Source: an uncultured Candidatus Peribacteria bacterium (GTDB lineage: Bacteria; Patescibacteriota; Gracilibacteria; BD1-5; UBA6164). Taken from it: 64,000 bases of DNA. Below are positions 37,090-45,862 of this stretch, one piece after another. Where the stretch lies: NCBI GenBank assembly GCA_964545685.1, contig CAZJHB010000001.1:118470-182469 (forward strand). The letters are read 5' to 3'. Below the pieces are notes generated by a model. That model saw only the letters and a list, made by a program, of their open reading frames with translations. It searched no databases and was not told the origin of the DNA. Position 1 is the stretch's first letter. The number at the start of each line of letters is the position of its first letter. The translations under genes and the position numbers were made by a program.

Positions 37090-37428
37090 ATGGCTGAAAC
37101 GAATAAATCTATCGTTGTATTTGTAGATCAAGTAAATAATGATATAAGCAATGAAATTAATAATTATATTCAAAAAACATTTAATTGGTGTTGTCAAGGA
37201 ACCAGATCAATAAGTCCTGTAAATGTTATAGATAAATTTGATGGAACGGTATATGTATCTAAAACATCTTTGAAATATAAATTCGATATTAATTATTCAT
37301 CAATGGATATCGATTCAAATGATCGATTCGAAGATGTTAAAGATTATTTGTCAAATAAATTTTGCGAAAACAATATCAATTATTTGATGACCAATGGTTA
37401 TCAAGAATATTGGAAGTTGATGCAATAA
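37090..37428 (+). CDS. hypothetical protein (112 aa)
   Basis: Track ORF. AAAAAATGAAAAAAAA lies ~27 nt upstream. Confidence 0.55.
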   Translation: MAETNKSIVVFVDQVNNDISNEINNYIQKTFNWCCQGTRSISPVNVIDKFDGTVYVSKTSLKYKFDINYSSMDIDSNDRFEDVKDYLSNKFCENNINYLMTNGYQEYWKLMQ

Positions 37429-37456
37429 AAAAAATGATTTTTTTATATTAATTGAT

Positions 37457-37978
37457 ATGGAAATATATTTTAAACCAAATAAAACACCAAGAGACATTTT
37501 TAAAGAAGGATCATTTGGTGGAGTTTATTGGCATGATTATTATTCAAATATATTAAAAACGAATTGTGTTAATCTGTATAAAAAATATCCATCTTCATGG
37601 TGGGTTGGTATTCCACATGAATTAATGACTTCAAGGTGGAAAGATAAAAATAGAAATAAATATAAAGTCAAAGTAGGATCTACTCTTCGAGAATGGGAAG
37701 ATAATGGATGGATACATCCACAGGATCCATATGGATGGGTACAGTGGTATTGCGAATATTATAATGGACGCCGTTCCGAAGATGATGAAAGACAAATTAA
37801 AAGATGGTTGGGCGTTGCTGGTCCAAATGGTAGATTTAGAAAAAGATTAATAAACATAATAAAAAGTTCCGATAATCCAACCGGATGGAATGATTATTCA
37901 ATTAGTCCAAAAATACGCCAAACCTTACTCCACTGGGGTTATGAACTAACAAAAAAAGATTTTAATAGTCAAATCTAA
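37457..37978 (+). CDS. conserved hypothetical protein (W/R-rich, G+C-richer)
   Basis: GWIHPQDPYGWVQWYCEYYNGRRSEDDERQIKRW looks like a conserved domain I cannot name. Composition is richer in G/C than neighbours. Confidence 0.6.
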   Translation: MEIYFKPNKTPRDIFKEGSFGGVYWHDYYSNILKTNCVNLYKKYPSSWWVGIPHELMTSRWKDKNRNKYKVKVGSTLREWEDNGWIHPQDPYGWVQWYCEYYNGRRSEDDERQIKRWLGVAGPNGRFRKRLINIIKSSDNPTGWNDYSISPKIRQTLLHWGYELTKKDFNSQI

Positions 37979-38037
37979 TATATATATAATATTATTTACC
38001 TTATACTGATCTAGTAACTATCGCATATATAAAAAAA

Positions 38038-38074
38038 TAAAAAATGAATTTTTTTTCATATATTGCCTGAGAAC
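38038..38074 (+). promoter_or_regulatory. conserved ~35-nt upstream element, copy b
   Basis: ATAAAAAATGAATTTTTTTTCATATATTGCCTGAGAAC followed by ATG at 38075. The motif ATG is closed by TGA after 8 codons. Confidence 0.55.
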
Positions 38075-38338
38075 ATGCGTTTCACCGAAGAAGAATTTGG
38101 ATGGATCAAGTACATCCTTGCTGTGCGTTCATATATCGAAAAAGCTCTTGAGGAAGGAGAAGAGGATGAGGAGAAGATGAAAGTAATACTTTCTCTCGTT
38201 AGTTATTTGTATGAATTTGTAGAAAATCACTCATATGTGATAATCAACAAGTCACGCAAAATGAACAAGTACTTAACATTGCTTGATAAGGCGAGAGACA
38301 TGTATAACTACTGTACTCTGTGTGAAATGTATAATTAA
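38075..38338 (+). CDS. hypothetical acidic protein (87 aa), G+C-richer
   Basis: Track ORF 38063 starts at TTG; the ATG is at 38075 (MRFTEEEFGWIKY). It uses AAG/GAG/ATC/CTT codons that are unusual for this window. Confidence 0.55.
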   Translation: MRFTEEEFGWIKYILAVRSYIEKALEEGEEDEEKMKVILSLVSYLYEFVENHSYVIINKSRKMNKYLTLLDKARDMYNYCTLCEMYN

Positions 38339-38389
38339 AAGAGAAATCTTTTTTAATTAATATAAAATCAAATCTTTATCTAAAAGATT
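38337..38389 (+). terminator. two short hairpins between convergent genes
   Basis: AAAAGA-gaaa-TCTTTT (38337-38352) starts in the stop codon. AATCTTT-atcta-AAAGATT is at 38371-38389. This is consistent with the hairpin-type 3'-end signals described for mimivirus transcripts. Confidence 0.35.
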
Positions 38390-38422
38390 AATTCTATTAT
38401 AATATTTTTTTATAAAAAATCA

Positions 38423-39541
38423 TTAGTATTTATATTTAATAGAGTCAATAGTATATTTATCATATAATATATTTATTAATTTTGTTGTTTTGTTTTCATT
38501 AATTTTACGTTTAATAAAGTTTACTTTTTTAGTTTTTTTATTAATTATAAATGTATTAATTTCACCATTTTTATTTTTAATATTTAATTCAATGCATGGT
38601 GACGTATTATACATATATTTTTCAATCAATATATTATTTTTATTTACACTTTCTAACTCATTAATTACTTTTTTATAGATGTCAATTGCCTTGTCATTAA
38701 ATACAATTTTTGTAGGATTAATGAGGTCTTCAAGCCATGATGGAGTATTGATTATAAAGCCTCTATTTTTATATTTATTAATCCATATGTAACAGTTTAA
38801 TAAATAAATATTATTATCAAAATTAATATTTGTTTTCATAGAAGGAATACCACATTTATCGTATACATATACTTTGCTATAACTATTATCGTAAATATAC
38901 GGATAATATTGTTTCAAACTATTAGACCATTTTAAACAAATAAAATTCATAACAGCGAAGAGATGAAAGCGTGAAATTATTTTGTTTTTATTTTTCGAAT
39001 ATATTAAATCATGATTATTATTTGTAAATCTTTGTGATGATTTTTTTTCATATTTTGATATAGCTTCCAAATTATCTGTAATAATATCAATATCATTATA
39101 TTTTATATTTAATGAGGGATATAGCAAAGACAATACAGAACTTCCGGTTATATAAATCGTATTTCCATAATATGTGCATAAATTATTTACTTTAATAAAA
39201 TCTTCAATAATATTTTTATCAATGAAAATAAATGATTTAAGATTATAATAATTATTTACTTCTAAATCATTGCTATACTCATATTCTTTATGCTGAATTG
39301 TTTCATCTTTTGGTTTAATTAACTTAAAAATATCTTCTGGAATATTATTATTTTCAATATCATTCATAAGATCATTGGTTCCTTTGTAATAATATATTTG
39401 ATTTAAAAATCTATAAATACATTCTTTATCCGATTTTAATACTTTAGTATTCTTACGAATTTCTTCAATAATACCAGATTCCTTTAAGAGTTGTGTAAAC
39501 ATAAACAATACCTGTATATCGTTAATAAAAATATTTTTCAT
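38423..39541 (-). CDS. hypothetical protein, possible Pol-beta-type nucleotidyltransferase fold
   Basis: 372-aa ORF. IYITGSSVLSLLYPSLNIKYNDIDIITD resembles the hG[GS]-x(9-15)-DhD NTase motif (weak, by eye). Confidence 0.5.
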   Translation of the reverse strand: MKNIFINDIQVLFMFTQLLKESGIIEEIRKNTKVLKSDKECIYRFLNQIYYYKGTNDLMNDIENNNIPEDIFKLIKPKDETIQHKEYEYSNDLEVNNYYNLKSFIFIDKNIIEDFIKVNNLCTYYGNTIYITGSSVLSLLYPSLNIKYNDIDIITDNLEAISKYEKKSSQRFTNNNHDLIYSKNKNKIISRFHLFAVMNFICLKWSNSLKQYYPYIYDNSYSKVYVYDKCGIPSMKTNINFDNNIYLLNCYIWINKYKNRGFIINTPSWLEDLINPTKIVFNDKAIDIYKKVINELESVNKNNILIEKYMYNTSPCIELNIKNKNGEINTFIINKKTKKVNFIKRKINENKTTKLINILYDKYTIDSIKYKY

Positions 39542-39561
39542 TTTTTTAAAATGAAAAATAT
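39531..39561. promoter_or_regulatory. perfect 14-nt inverted repeat carrying the AAAATGAAAAA motif on both strands (divergent gene pair)
   Basis: ATATTTTTCATTTT-ttt-AAAATGAAAAATAT. The left-arm CAT (39539-39541) is the start codon of the minus-strand gene. The plus-strand gene ATG is at 39580. Confidence 0.5.
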
Positions 39562-39579
39562 TTTAATATAAGTATAGCG

Positions 39580-40266
39580 ATGTCTTTTGAAATATTTAAT
39601 ATTAAATATTGGAGCAAATTTTTAATTAAAGATATTCATCAACACTTTGGTTATTATCCATCAATCGATGAATTAATCAAATGTTATAACAATGAAAATA
39701 CTTTACCAGAATTATCTTTGCAACAAAAATTATCATTAAAATATCATAATGATTTATCAAAAAAAATACCCCGAGATGATGTTAAAAAATATGTTGATGA
39801 ATTTATGAATGACTTAAAATATAATAAAAAGTATTATATCGTTGGTTCATATTGTAGAGGAAAAAAAATGTGTGGCGACATTGATTTGATTATTCAAACT
39901 AATCAAAAAACATGGTGTTATAATGCCCGTAAACTATCTTCCATTATTTTGGACGCATTTGTAATTAGCGATAAAAAGGCTCATTTTATATGTAAATCAA
40001 AAATTGATAACAAAATATTTCAATTGGATATATTCTTATCGTCAGTCGAAGCAATGCCATTTATGATACTAGATAAATCTTCTGGCGTTGATTTTATAAC
40101 TGATATTAGAAAATTATGTTTAACACTTTATAATATCCATTTATCGAATGTAGGATTTAAAGATCAACACAATAATTTATTAACCGATATAAATAAAAAG
40201 ATTAAAAATGAACAAGATATATTTAAATTTTTAAAGTTTGAATATATTAAACCAGAAGAAAGATAA
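39580..40266 (+). CDS. DNA polymerase family X (small, Pol-beta-like)
   Basis: YYIVGSYCRGKKMCGDIDLIIQT resembles the GS.RRGk...gDiDiLi NTase motif. The C-terminal EQDIFKFLKFEYIKPEER resembles the E.eiF..LGl.yipPe.R ending of Pol X enzymes. Confidence 0.8.
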   Translation: MSFEIFNIKYWSKFLIKDIHQHFGYYPSIDELIKCYNNENTLPELSLQQKLSLKYHNDLSKKIPRDDVKKYVDEFMNDLKYNKKYYIVGSYCRGKKMCGDIDLIIQTNQKTWCYNARKLSSIILDAFVISDKKAHFICKSKIDNKIFQLDIFLSSVEAMPFMILDKSSGVDFITDIRKLCLTLYNIHLSNVGFKDQHNNLLTDINKKIKNEQDIFKFLKFEYIKPEER

Positions 40267-40295
40267 TTATATTTTTTAATTTATATAATAAAAAA

Positions 40296-40745
40296 TTAAA
40301 CAACATCGTATAGGAATAATCCCATTTTTAATACATTACCATCAATATCATTAATATCTACGTATGGACGACCAGATTGTGTTTTCTTAATAAAATCAGA
40401 TCTTTTAAATTTCTTAATATCATCGTAATTGATCCAATGCAATGAACCCATTTCTTCTGGCACAAATGACGATAAATCATATTGTTCTTTTAATTCAATA
40501 TCTACTACATTAATGACAGGAATATCACCCTTTCTAAATTCACCAAATGATTTAATTTTATCTTTAGTAATCAATCCACTGCTTTCTTCTTCGATTTCTC
40601 TTAATACAGCAGCATGCATTGTTTCACCATTTTCAATTTTACCTCCAAGTAATTCAACTGTACCGATTCTATCACTTCTTGTTTTTTCACCAACAAGAAC
40701 TAAATTTTTAAAACGAATACAACCAAATACTGCTTCGATAGCCAT
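40296..40745 (-). CDS. Nudix hydrolase
   Basis: Track ORF starts at TTG (40757); the ATG is at 40745 (MAIEAVFGCI). Nudix box GGKIENGETMHAAVLREIEEESSG. Confidence 0.8.
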   Translation of the reverse strand: MAIEAVFGCIRFKNLVLVGEKTRSDRIGTVELLGGKIENGETMHAAVLREIEEESSGLITKDKIKSFGEFRKGDIPVINVVDIELKEQYDLSSFVPEEMGSLHWINYDDIKKFKRSDFIKKTQSGRPYVDINDIDGNVLKMGLFLYDVV

Positions 40746-40816
40746 GATATATAACAATATATAATATATTTTTTCATTTTTTAAATTATAAAAAATGATT
40801 TATATTACTTATATAA

Positions 40817-41239
40817 ATGCCGGGAAAGGATATAGTATATGACAAATTTATATCCAAGTATCGTGCACGTTATAAAAATGTTACTAACGCAGATATTAAA
40901 AAATTAACAAATAAAATTACACATAATCCTTTAGTATTAAATATAAATTTAAAAAATGAATATTATAACATGATATTTAAATCATTATTTAAAAAATATT
41001 TGATAAAAAATATTTCTATAAAACAAACAAATTTTATTGATATAACCGATTATTGCAAACATAATATATTTGCAATAAAAAATTACTATAAAAAATTATT
41101 TAATATTAATTTACTTATATTAATCATAAGTAAAATAGAATTTATAAATAATCCCGTGTATTTTAATTTATTTAACAACTGTTGTTGTTTATATCGAATA
41201 CTATATATACATCATTTTGAACATTCACAAAAAAAATAA
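40817..41239 (+). CDS. hypothetical protein (140 aa), low complexity
   Basis: Track ORF. AAAAAATGATTTATATT lies ~20 nt upstream of the ATG. Asn/Ile/Lys-rich. Confidence 0.4.
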   Translation: MPGKDIVYDKFISKYRARYKNVTNADIKKLTNKITHNPLVLNINLKNEYYNMIFKSLFKKYLIKNISIKQTNFIDITDYCKHNIFAIKNYYKKLFNINLLILIISKIEFINNPVYFNLFNNCCCLYRILYIHHFEHSQKK

Positions 41240-41257
41240 AATAAAAAGCAAATAATA

Positions 41258-41542
41258 TTATTTTTTTACAGAATACACAAACTGTGTTTTATCACTAGAA
41301 TTCAATACCGTAACTTCTATCATACATAAATTATTATTATAAAATATATTTAGTTTAGTACAAAATTGCATTAATAATACCTTCGATATAATACTACCAA
41401 TATAATCAATTTCACTATTGCTTGGAACATATAAAAGTGTTGTATCAATATCAAAAACACCATTATTGTTCCATGTGATTTTATTTATTAAATTATTTTT
41501 TTCAAAATTAAACATACCACGATCTTTTAAATCAATCAACAT
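41258..41542 (-). CDS. hypothetical protein (94 aa)
   Basis: Track ORF with ATG start. Confidence 0.5.
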   Translation of the reverse strand: MLIDLKDRGMFNFEKNNLINKITWNNNGVFDIDTTLLYVPSNSEIDYIGSIISKVLLMQFCTKLNIFYNNNLCMIEVTVLNSSDKTQFVYSVKK

Positions 41543-41560
41543 AACAAAAAATAAATTATA

Positions 41561-42766
41561 TTAAATTTTCATTTTATACTCTTCAATATACTTCAAATAA
41601 TTAATGAATCTAACAAACGGTGTACCTTTGGATCCAGAACCGGTGATTAAATCAGCGGCACTACCCATTAAATCAGTAACACGTCTTGGAGTTGTACCAA
41701 GCGATTTGTTATCAGCAATATCCTTCGAATTGACTACTTCTTGTACAAGTTTCTTAATTTCTTCATCAACCTGTTCCTTTGTAAAATCTTTATACTTGGG
41801 ATCGTTGAGAATTGCCTTGTACTTAATATCATAACTGTTTGAAAGATTTTTAAGATTTGGAGTACAACCAGGACTTACAGTGGGATCTGCTAACTCACAA
41901 ATCCATGAAACTGGATCTGTAAATGTTCCGTCGCCGAAAATCATGACTTCTACATCACGATTATGTCTTTCCTTAAATGCATTTTGAATCTTTTGACAGA
42001 ATTCATCACCATTCTTGGGGAAAAGCTTGAGTGTTTCATGTTCTTCGGAAATAATATTACACCCAAGAAGACCATATGGACTCCATCTTTCATCGCTATA
42101 ACCATTATTTTTATTACAAACATCGATTAAAGCATGTTTTTTTACATTACTAGACATTCCCATCAAATCAAGATGATAATCATGGAATCTACAAGCAAGT
42201 ACATTATCGGTCTTACACTGATAAATGTTACTATAAATAATTTCACATTGTTTACCCTCATCTTCGATGATTTTACGATAATATTTAGCATAGTCTTCAC
42301 CTGTCCATTCATGTGTACGAATACCCATTTCTTGTTCAGTTAAAACTGTATTAATATCGTTATATCCTTTAGTAATCATTTCATCAGGTTTCATAAATCT
42401 GTTACCTTGTTGATCATGATCAATGTTAAATTGAATAATAATTTTATCTGAAACTCCTCGAGCAAAACCCTTGAGCATCATACTAAATCTATTTCTTGAC
42501 AAAATAGGCATATAAAGCTGCAATTCGCGAGGATTATTATATAATCTCTTGATTTCACTAGCAATTTCATCAACAGTAATAACTAAATTTTGGCTTAAAG
42601 CTACTACCGATTCGGTAATAGCAATAGCTTCATGTTCAGTTTCACCTACATTATCTACTTTAACTAATTTATCGACTACATCATTCCAATTTGTATCTTT
42701 GTTTAATTTACCGTATTGAATACCGTATGCAATGCTACCAACTGTGTTTTCGTCAATATAGACCAT
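41561..42766 (-). CDS. hypothetical protein, possibly F420-0:gamma-glutamyl ligase (CofE)-like fold; G+C-richer
   Basis: HEAIAITESVVALSQNLVITVDEI resembles gDvlvv.stvvSKaeGr...l.e. The C-terminal VTDLMGSAADLITGSGSKGTPFVRF resembles vaDeiAaaA.LvmGeg..giPvvvvRG of CofE. Weak, by-eye similarity. Confidence 0.3.
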   Translation of the reverse strand: MVYIDENTVGSIAYGIQYGKLNKDTNWNDVVDKLVKVDNVGETEHEAIAITESVVALSQNLVITVDEIASEIKRLYNNPRELQLYMPILSRNRFSMMLKGFARGVSDKIIIQFNIDHDQQGNRFMKPDEMITKGYNDINTVLTEQEMGIRTHEWTGEDYAKYYRKIIEDEGKQCEIIYSNIYQCKTDNVLACRFHDYHLDLMGMSSNVKKHALIDVCNKNNGYSDERWSPYGLLGCNIISEEHETLKLFPKNGDEFCQKIQNAFKERHNRDVEVMIFGDGTFTDPVSWICELADPTVSPGCTPNLKNLSNSYDIKYKAILNDPKYKDFTKEQVDEEIKKLVQEVVNSKDIADNKSLGTTPRRVTDLMGSAADLITGSGSKGTPFVRFINYLKYIEEYKMKI

Positions 42767-42897
42767 TTATAACCATTGTATTAGAAAATAATCATTTTTT
42801 ACATATTAATGTTAATTTTTTTAATAATTTATATCCAAAAAATTTTCATTTTATAAAAAAAAATAATAATATATATATATACAAATGGTGTGGCAAC

Positions 42898-42946
42898 ATA
42901 ACTTGTGAGGCTATATTCCACGATTAATGAAAAAATTTTCATTTTT
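42898..42946. repeat. 49-bp direct repeat, copy 1
   Basis: ataacttgtgaggctatattccacgattaatgaaaaaattttcattttt is identical to 43008-43056. It contains the palindrome ATGAAAAAATTTTCAT. Confidence 0.85.
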
Positions 42947-43007
42947 TAAAAAATGCCACATATATTCATACTTATATATATATATATATGCACTTATTAT
43001 GGTAGAT

Positions 43008-43056
43008 ATAACTTGTGAGGCTATATTCCACGATTAATGAAAAAATTTTCATTTTT
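43008..43056. repeat. 49-bp direct repeat, copy 2 (abuts the stop of the 43055 gene)
   Basis: Identical to copy 1 and 110 nt away. A (TA)8-9 run at 42973-42989 lies between the copies. Confidence 0.85.
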
Positions 43057-43540
43057 AATAAATACATGACATGATATGCAACATGTTCAACCATTCAGCA
43101 ATATCTGTTTTTGGGTCCCATAATACTTCAGTTGGAAATTTTTCTTTTTTTAATATCCAATTGATGACATGATACCCACATGTATATCCATCGACCTGTT
43201 GACCATATTCGAAATCAATCAATACATCTTCACCATAATTTGTGTACGCATAATTCAATGCCTGTATTATATGGCTGTCGTGTATTAATGGATCAAAAAT
43301 GGTTAAAGTGTTATAAATTGCATTATAACATAAACCCATCCAATGATTGGCATTGACCAAAAGAAGCGTATAGTAGATCAGTGATTGATCATTTTCTAAC
43401 CCAAGTGGTTCAACTGCGCTTGCATTATTGCTTGAAAACTGCGAAGCAACAACGACATTGAGCTTTTGGTTTTTCCAGTTCATCATGTCAACGATATTGA
43501 CAATCTGCTCTTTTTCCAACATTAATTTGTTTGGTTCCAT
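43055..43540 (-). CDS. Ulp1/C48-like cysteine peptidase (short form)
   Basis: NANHWMGLCYNAIYNTLTIFDPL provides the HW...DP His/Asp region. QQVDGYTCGYHVINWIL provides the Q...CG catalytic Cys region. Confidence 0.6.
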   Translation of the reverse strand: MEPNKLMLEKEQIVNIVDMMNWKNQKLNVVVASQFSSNNASAVEPLGLENDQSLIYYTLLLVNANHWMGLCYNAIYNTLTIFDPLIHDSHIIQALNYAYTNYGEDVLIDFEYGQQVDGYTCGYHVINWILKKEKFPTEVLWDPKTDIAEWLNMLHIMSCIY

Positions 43541-43581
43541 CGATTAAAGTAAATAAGAAATTATTTTAAATTTTTAAAAAA

Positions 43582-45801
43582 TTATAAATATAAATCGTCT
43601 ACATCATCATCCATGATAATGTTATTATTTGTAATAAATATCATATTTTTTTCATTATATAAATCACATATACTAATACCAGATGTTAAATCTTTATTGG
43701 TATAATTTGGAATAATTCTATTTGCATCATAAGATTCCGTGATTTTTTTGACTTCTGCGGAATTTTCAATAATTTGTTTTCCTTTATATCCAGCCAATTT
43801 CTCGAATAATTTTTCTGATTTAATTTTACTAAAATATTCAGAAGGCATTACTAAAATGAAATTAATATTATAATCATATTGTTTTTTAACATTGATATTT
43901 TTTTCCTCAATATTGTATAGAATTTTAGCAATAATACTAGTAGCACCTTCTAAAAATTGAAAGTTATCAATAATAATAATACCCTTTTTTCGGTTATATT
44001 CTTCACTAATTTTATCATCCAATAATGTTTGAAACATCTGAGCGTTGATAATATATTCAACACAATTAATATAAGATACATGATCGATTGATTTATCATG
44101 TTGATATTTATTGGCGGTTTCTAATGCAATAGTAGATTTACCTGTACCAATACCACCGTGAATAAGTGTAATTTTTACACCATTCTTTTTTAATTCTAAA
44201 TTATTAATAGTTTGATTAATAGCGTTATCTGCTATACTTATATTCTTAACAAATCCGTTTTTTGAAATATTTGAACTAATTGTAAAATAATTACCACCAG
44301 GTGGAATACATTCACTAATAGCCTTTGCAATCATTTCATCGGTAAGAACAATGTTATTCATCTTTATTTTAGTAAAATCGATTGAATTATCATTGTTTAA
44401 TTCTTCTATAATATTATTGCACAGCATGTTTTGAACACGTGAAAATGCTTCACTTATCATGGCACCAGTAAAACCCGATGTCATAAATGCAAATTGATCA
44501 ATATTAGGATTTTTAATAATATTATTTTCAATATAAGGTTGTAATTGTAATTCTATCATTTCTTTACGTCCTTCAGTATCGGGAATACCAACTTCGATTT
44601 TAAGTCCTAAACGACCAGAACGAAGAATAGCATCATCAAGTAAATCTAATCTATTTGTTGTTCCAATAACAATATAATTATCGTTCTTTTTAATACCATC
44701 TATCTTAGATAAAAATTGATTAACAACTTTATCATCAATACCTGTACCACCAGAACTGCTTCCGCGTTTTTTTAGCAATGAATCAATTTCATCGATAATA
44801 ATTAAGAAAAATCCATCAGGATTACTCTCGGCTTCGGCAAAAATATCTCTGATATTAGATTCAGACTGACCAACATATTTATTTAAAACTTCCGGACCAG
44901 ATATTATTTTTGGTTCATTGGTAAAGCTAGCTAATTTAGAAATTTTACTAGCAATTAATGATTTTCCTGTTCCCGGTTGACCATAAAGAATACAACCTTT
45001 TTGTTTAAGATTTTTTAAATTCGGCATACCAACACCTCGAGGAAGTAAAAGTTGATTATATATTTCTCTTAAAATATGCGATGCACCACCAATACCAATA
45101 TTTTTATATGTAATTTCATTAGGTGGAATAAGTCCTTTTAGGACACTATCACCACGATAGTTCATATAATTTTTTTCATTGATATAATTAATATATGTAT
45201 ATAATGAATCTTTTTCAAGTAAAATTTCAGTTTTTTCAATATCAATAACACCTTCCGTGTCATTATCATTAATAGTAATCGGAACAATGTTTAATGTTAT
45301 TGTTTTATTTAAATTTTTAGGTGTATATTTAATAAAATATACACGGTTTTTAATAAAATACGATTGTGATAAGTATTTTTTAATTATATCGATCAATTCA
45401 GCCGCATCTATCACTATATTCATGTCATATGTAGTAGTTAAATAAACATTGAAAATGATTTTATTTATAATATTATTATTTGTAACAATAAAAGGTTCAA
45501 TATCATAATCTTTTTTAGGATTTATTTCTAAACATTTATAATTATTACTTGAAATCATATAATAGTTATTTACAATTCTTTTTGGAATTCTAATCATGTT
45601 ATATGTATTTTCAACATTTTCAATACTATTAATATGATCCATAAAACATACTTGATTTATCAATGGCATATGATTAATATCTTTAATAATTGCATAATAA
45701 ATTTTCTGACCATTAATTTCAGATTCTGATAATAAATTCATATATTCTCTTCTTAGAAAAATTTTCGAACTAACAACGTCTTCGATACAACAGATTTTCA
45801 T
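43582..45801 (-). CDS. NSF (N-ethylmaleimide-sensitive factor)/Sec18-like double AAA+ ATPase
   Basis: The D1 domain CILYGQPGTGKSLIASKISKLASFTNEPKIISGPEVLNKYVGQSESNIRDIFAEAE ... LIIIDEIDSLLKKRG ... VVNQFLSKIDGI ... VIGTTNRLDLLDDAILRSGRLGLKIEVGIPDTEGR tracks NSF-specific strings (EPKvVNGPEiLNKYVGESEaNIR, VVNQLLSKiDGV, GRLEvkmEIgLPDekGR). A second, degenerate P-loop is LIHGGIGTGKST. Length is 739 aa (NSF is ~745). Confidence 0.75.
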   Translation of the reverse strand: MKICCIEDVVSSKIFLRREYMNLLSESEINGQKIYYAIIKDINHMPLINQVCFMDHINSIENVENTYNMIRIPKRIVNNYYMISSNNYKCLEINPKKDYDIEPFIVTNNNIINKIIFNVYLTTTYDMNIVIDAAELIDIIKKYLSQSYFIKNRVYFIKYTPKNLNKTITLNIVPITINDNDTEGVIDIEKTEILLEKDSLYTYINYINEKNYMNYRGDSVLKGLIPPNEITYKNIGIGGASHILREIYNQLLLPRGVGMPNLKNLKQKGCILYGQPGTGKSLIASKISKLASFTNEPKIISGPEVLNKYVGQSESNIRDIFAEAESNPDGFFLIIIDEIDSLLKKRGSSSGGTGIDDKVVNQFLSKIDGIKKNDNYIVIGTTNRLDLLDDAILRSGRLGLKIEVGIPDTEGRKEMIELQLQPYIENNIIKNPNIDQFAFMTSGFTGAMISEAFSRVQNMLCNNIIEELNNDNSIDFTKIKMNNIVLTDEMIAKAISECIPPGGNYFTISSNISKNGFVKNISIADNAINQTINNLELKKNGVKITLIHGGIGTGKSTIALETANKYQHDKSIDHVSYINCVEYIINAQMFQTLLDDKISEEYNRKKGIIIIDNFQFLEGATSIIAKILYNIEEKNINVKKQYDYNINFILVMPSEYFSKIKSEKLFEKLAGYKGKQIIENSAEVKKITESYDANRIIPNYTNKDLTSGISICDLYNEKNMIFITNNNIIMDDDVDDLYL

Positions 45802-45862
45802 ATGTAACGATTATTATATTATTTTTTCACTTTTTAAAAATGAATATATATATATATAATTA

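Noticed and set aside
42973-42989. TA microsatellites (also at 58463-58484 and 45845-45860) as functional elements
   Set aside because: Such runs are expected in AT-rich spacers. They are noted only as possible length-polymorphic markers.
42900-43052. 47-codon minus-strand ORF (MKIFSLIVEYSLTSYIYHNKCIYIYIYKYEY...) spanning the 49-bp repeats
   Set aside because: It starts at the ATG of the promoter-like palindrome and reads through the TA microsatellite as (IY)n. It is almost certainly non-coding.
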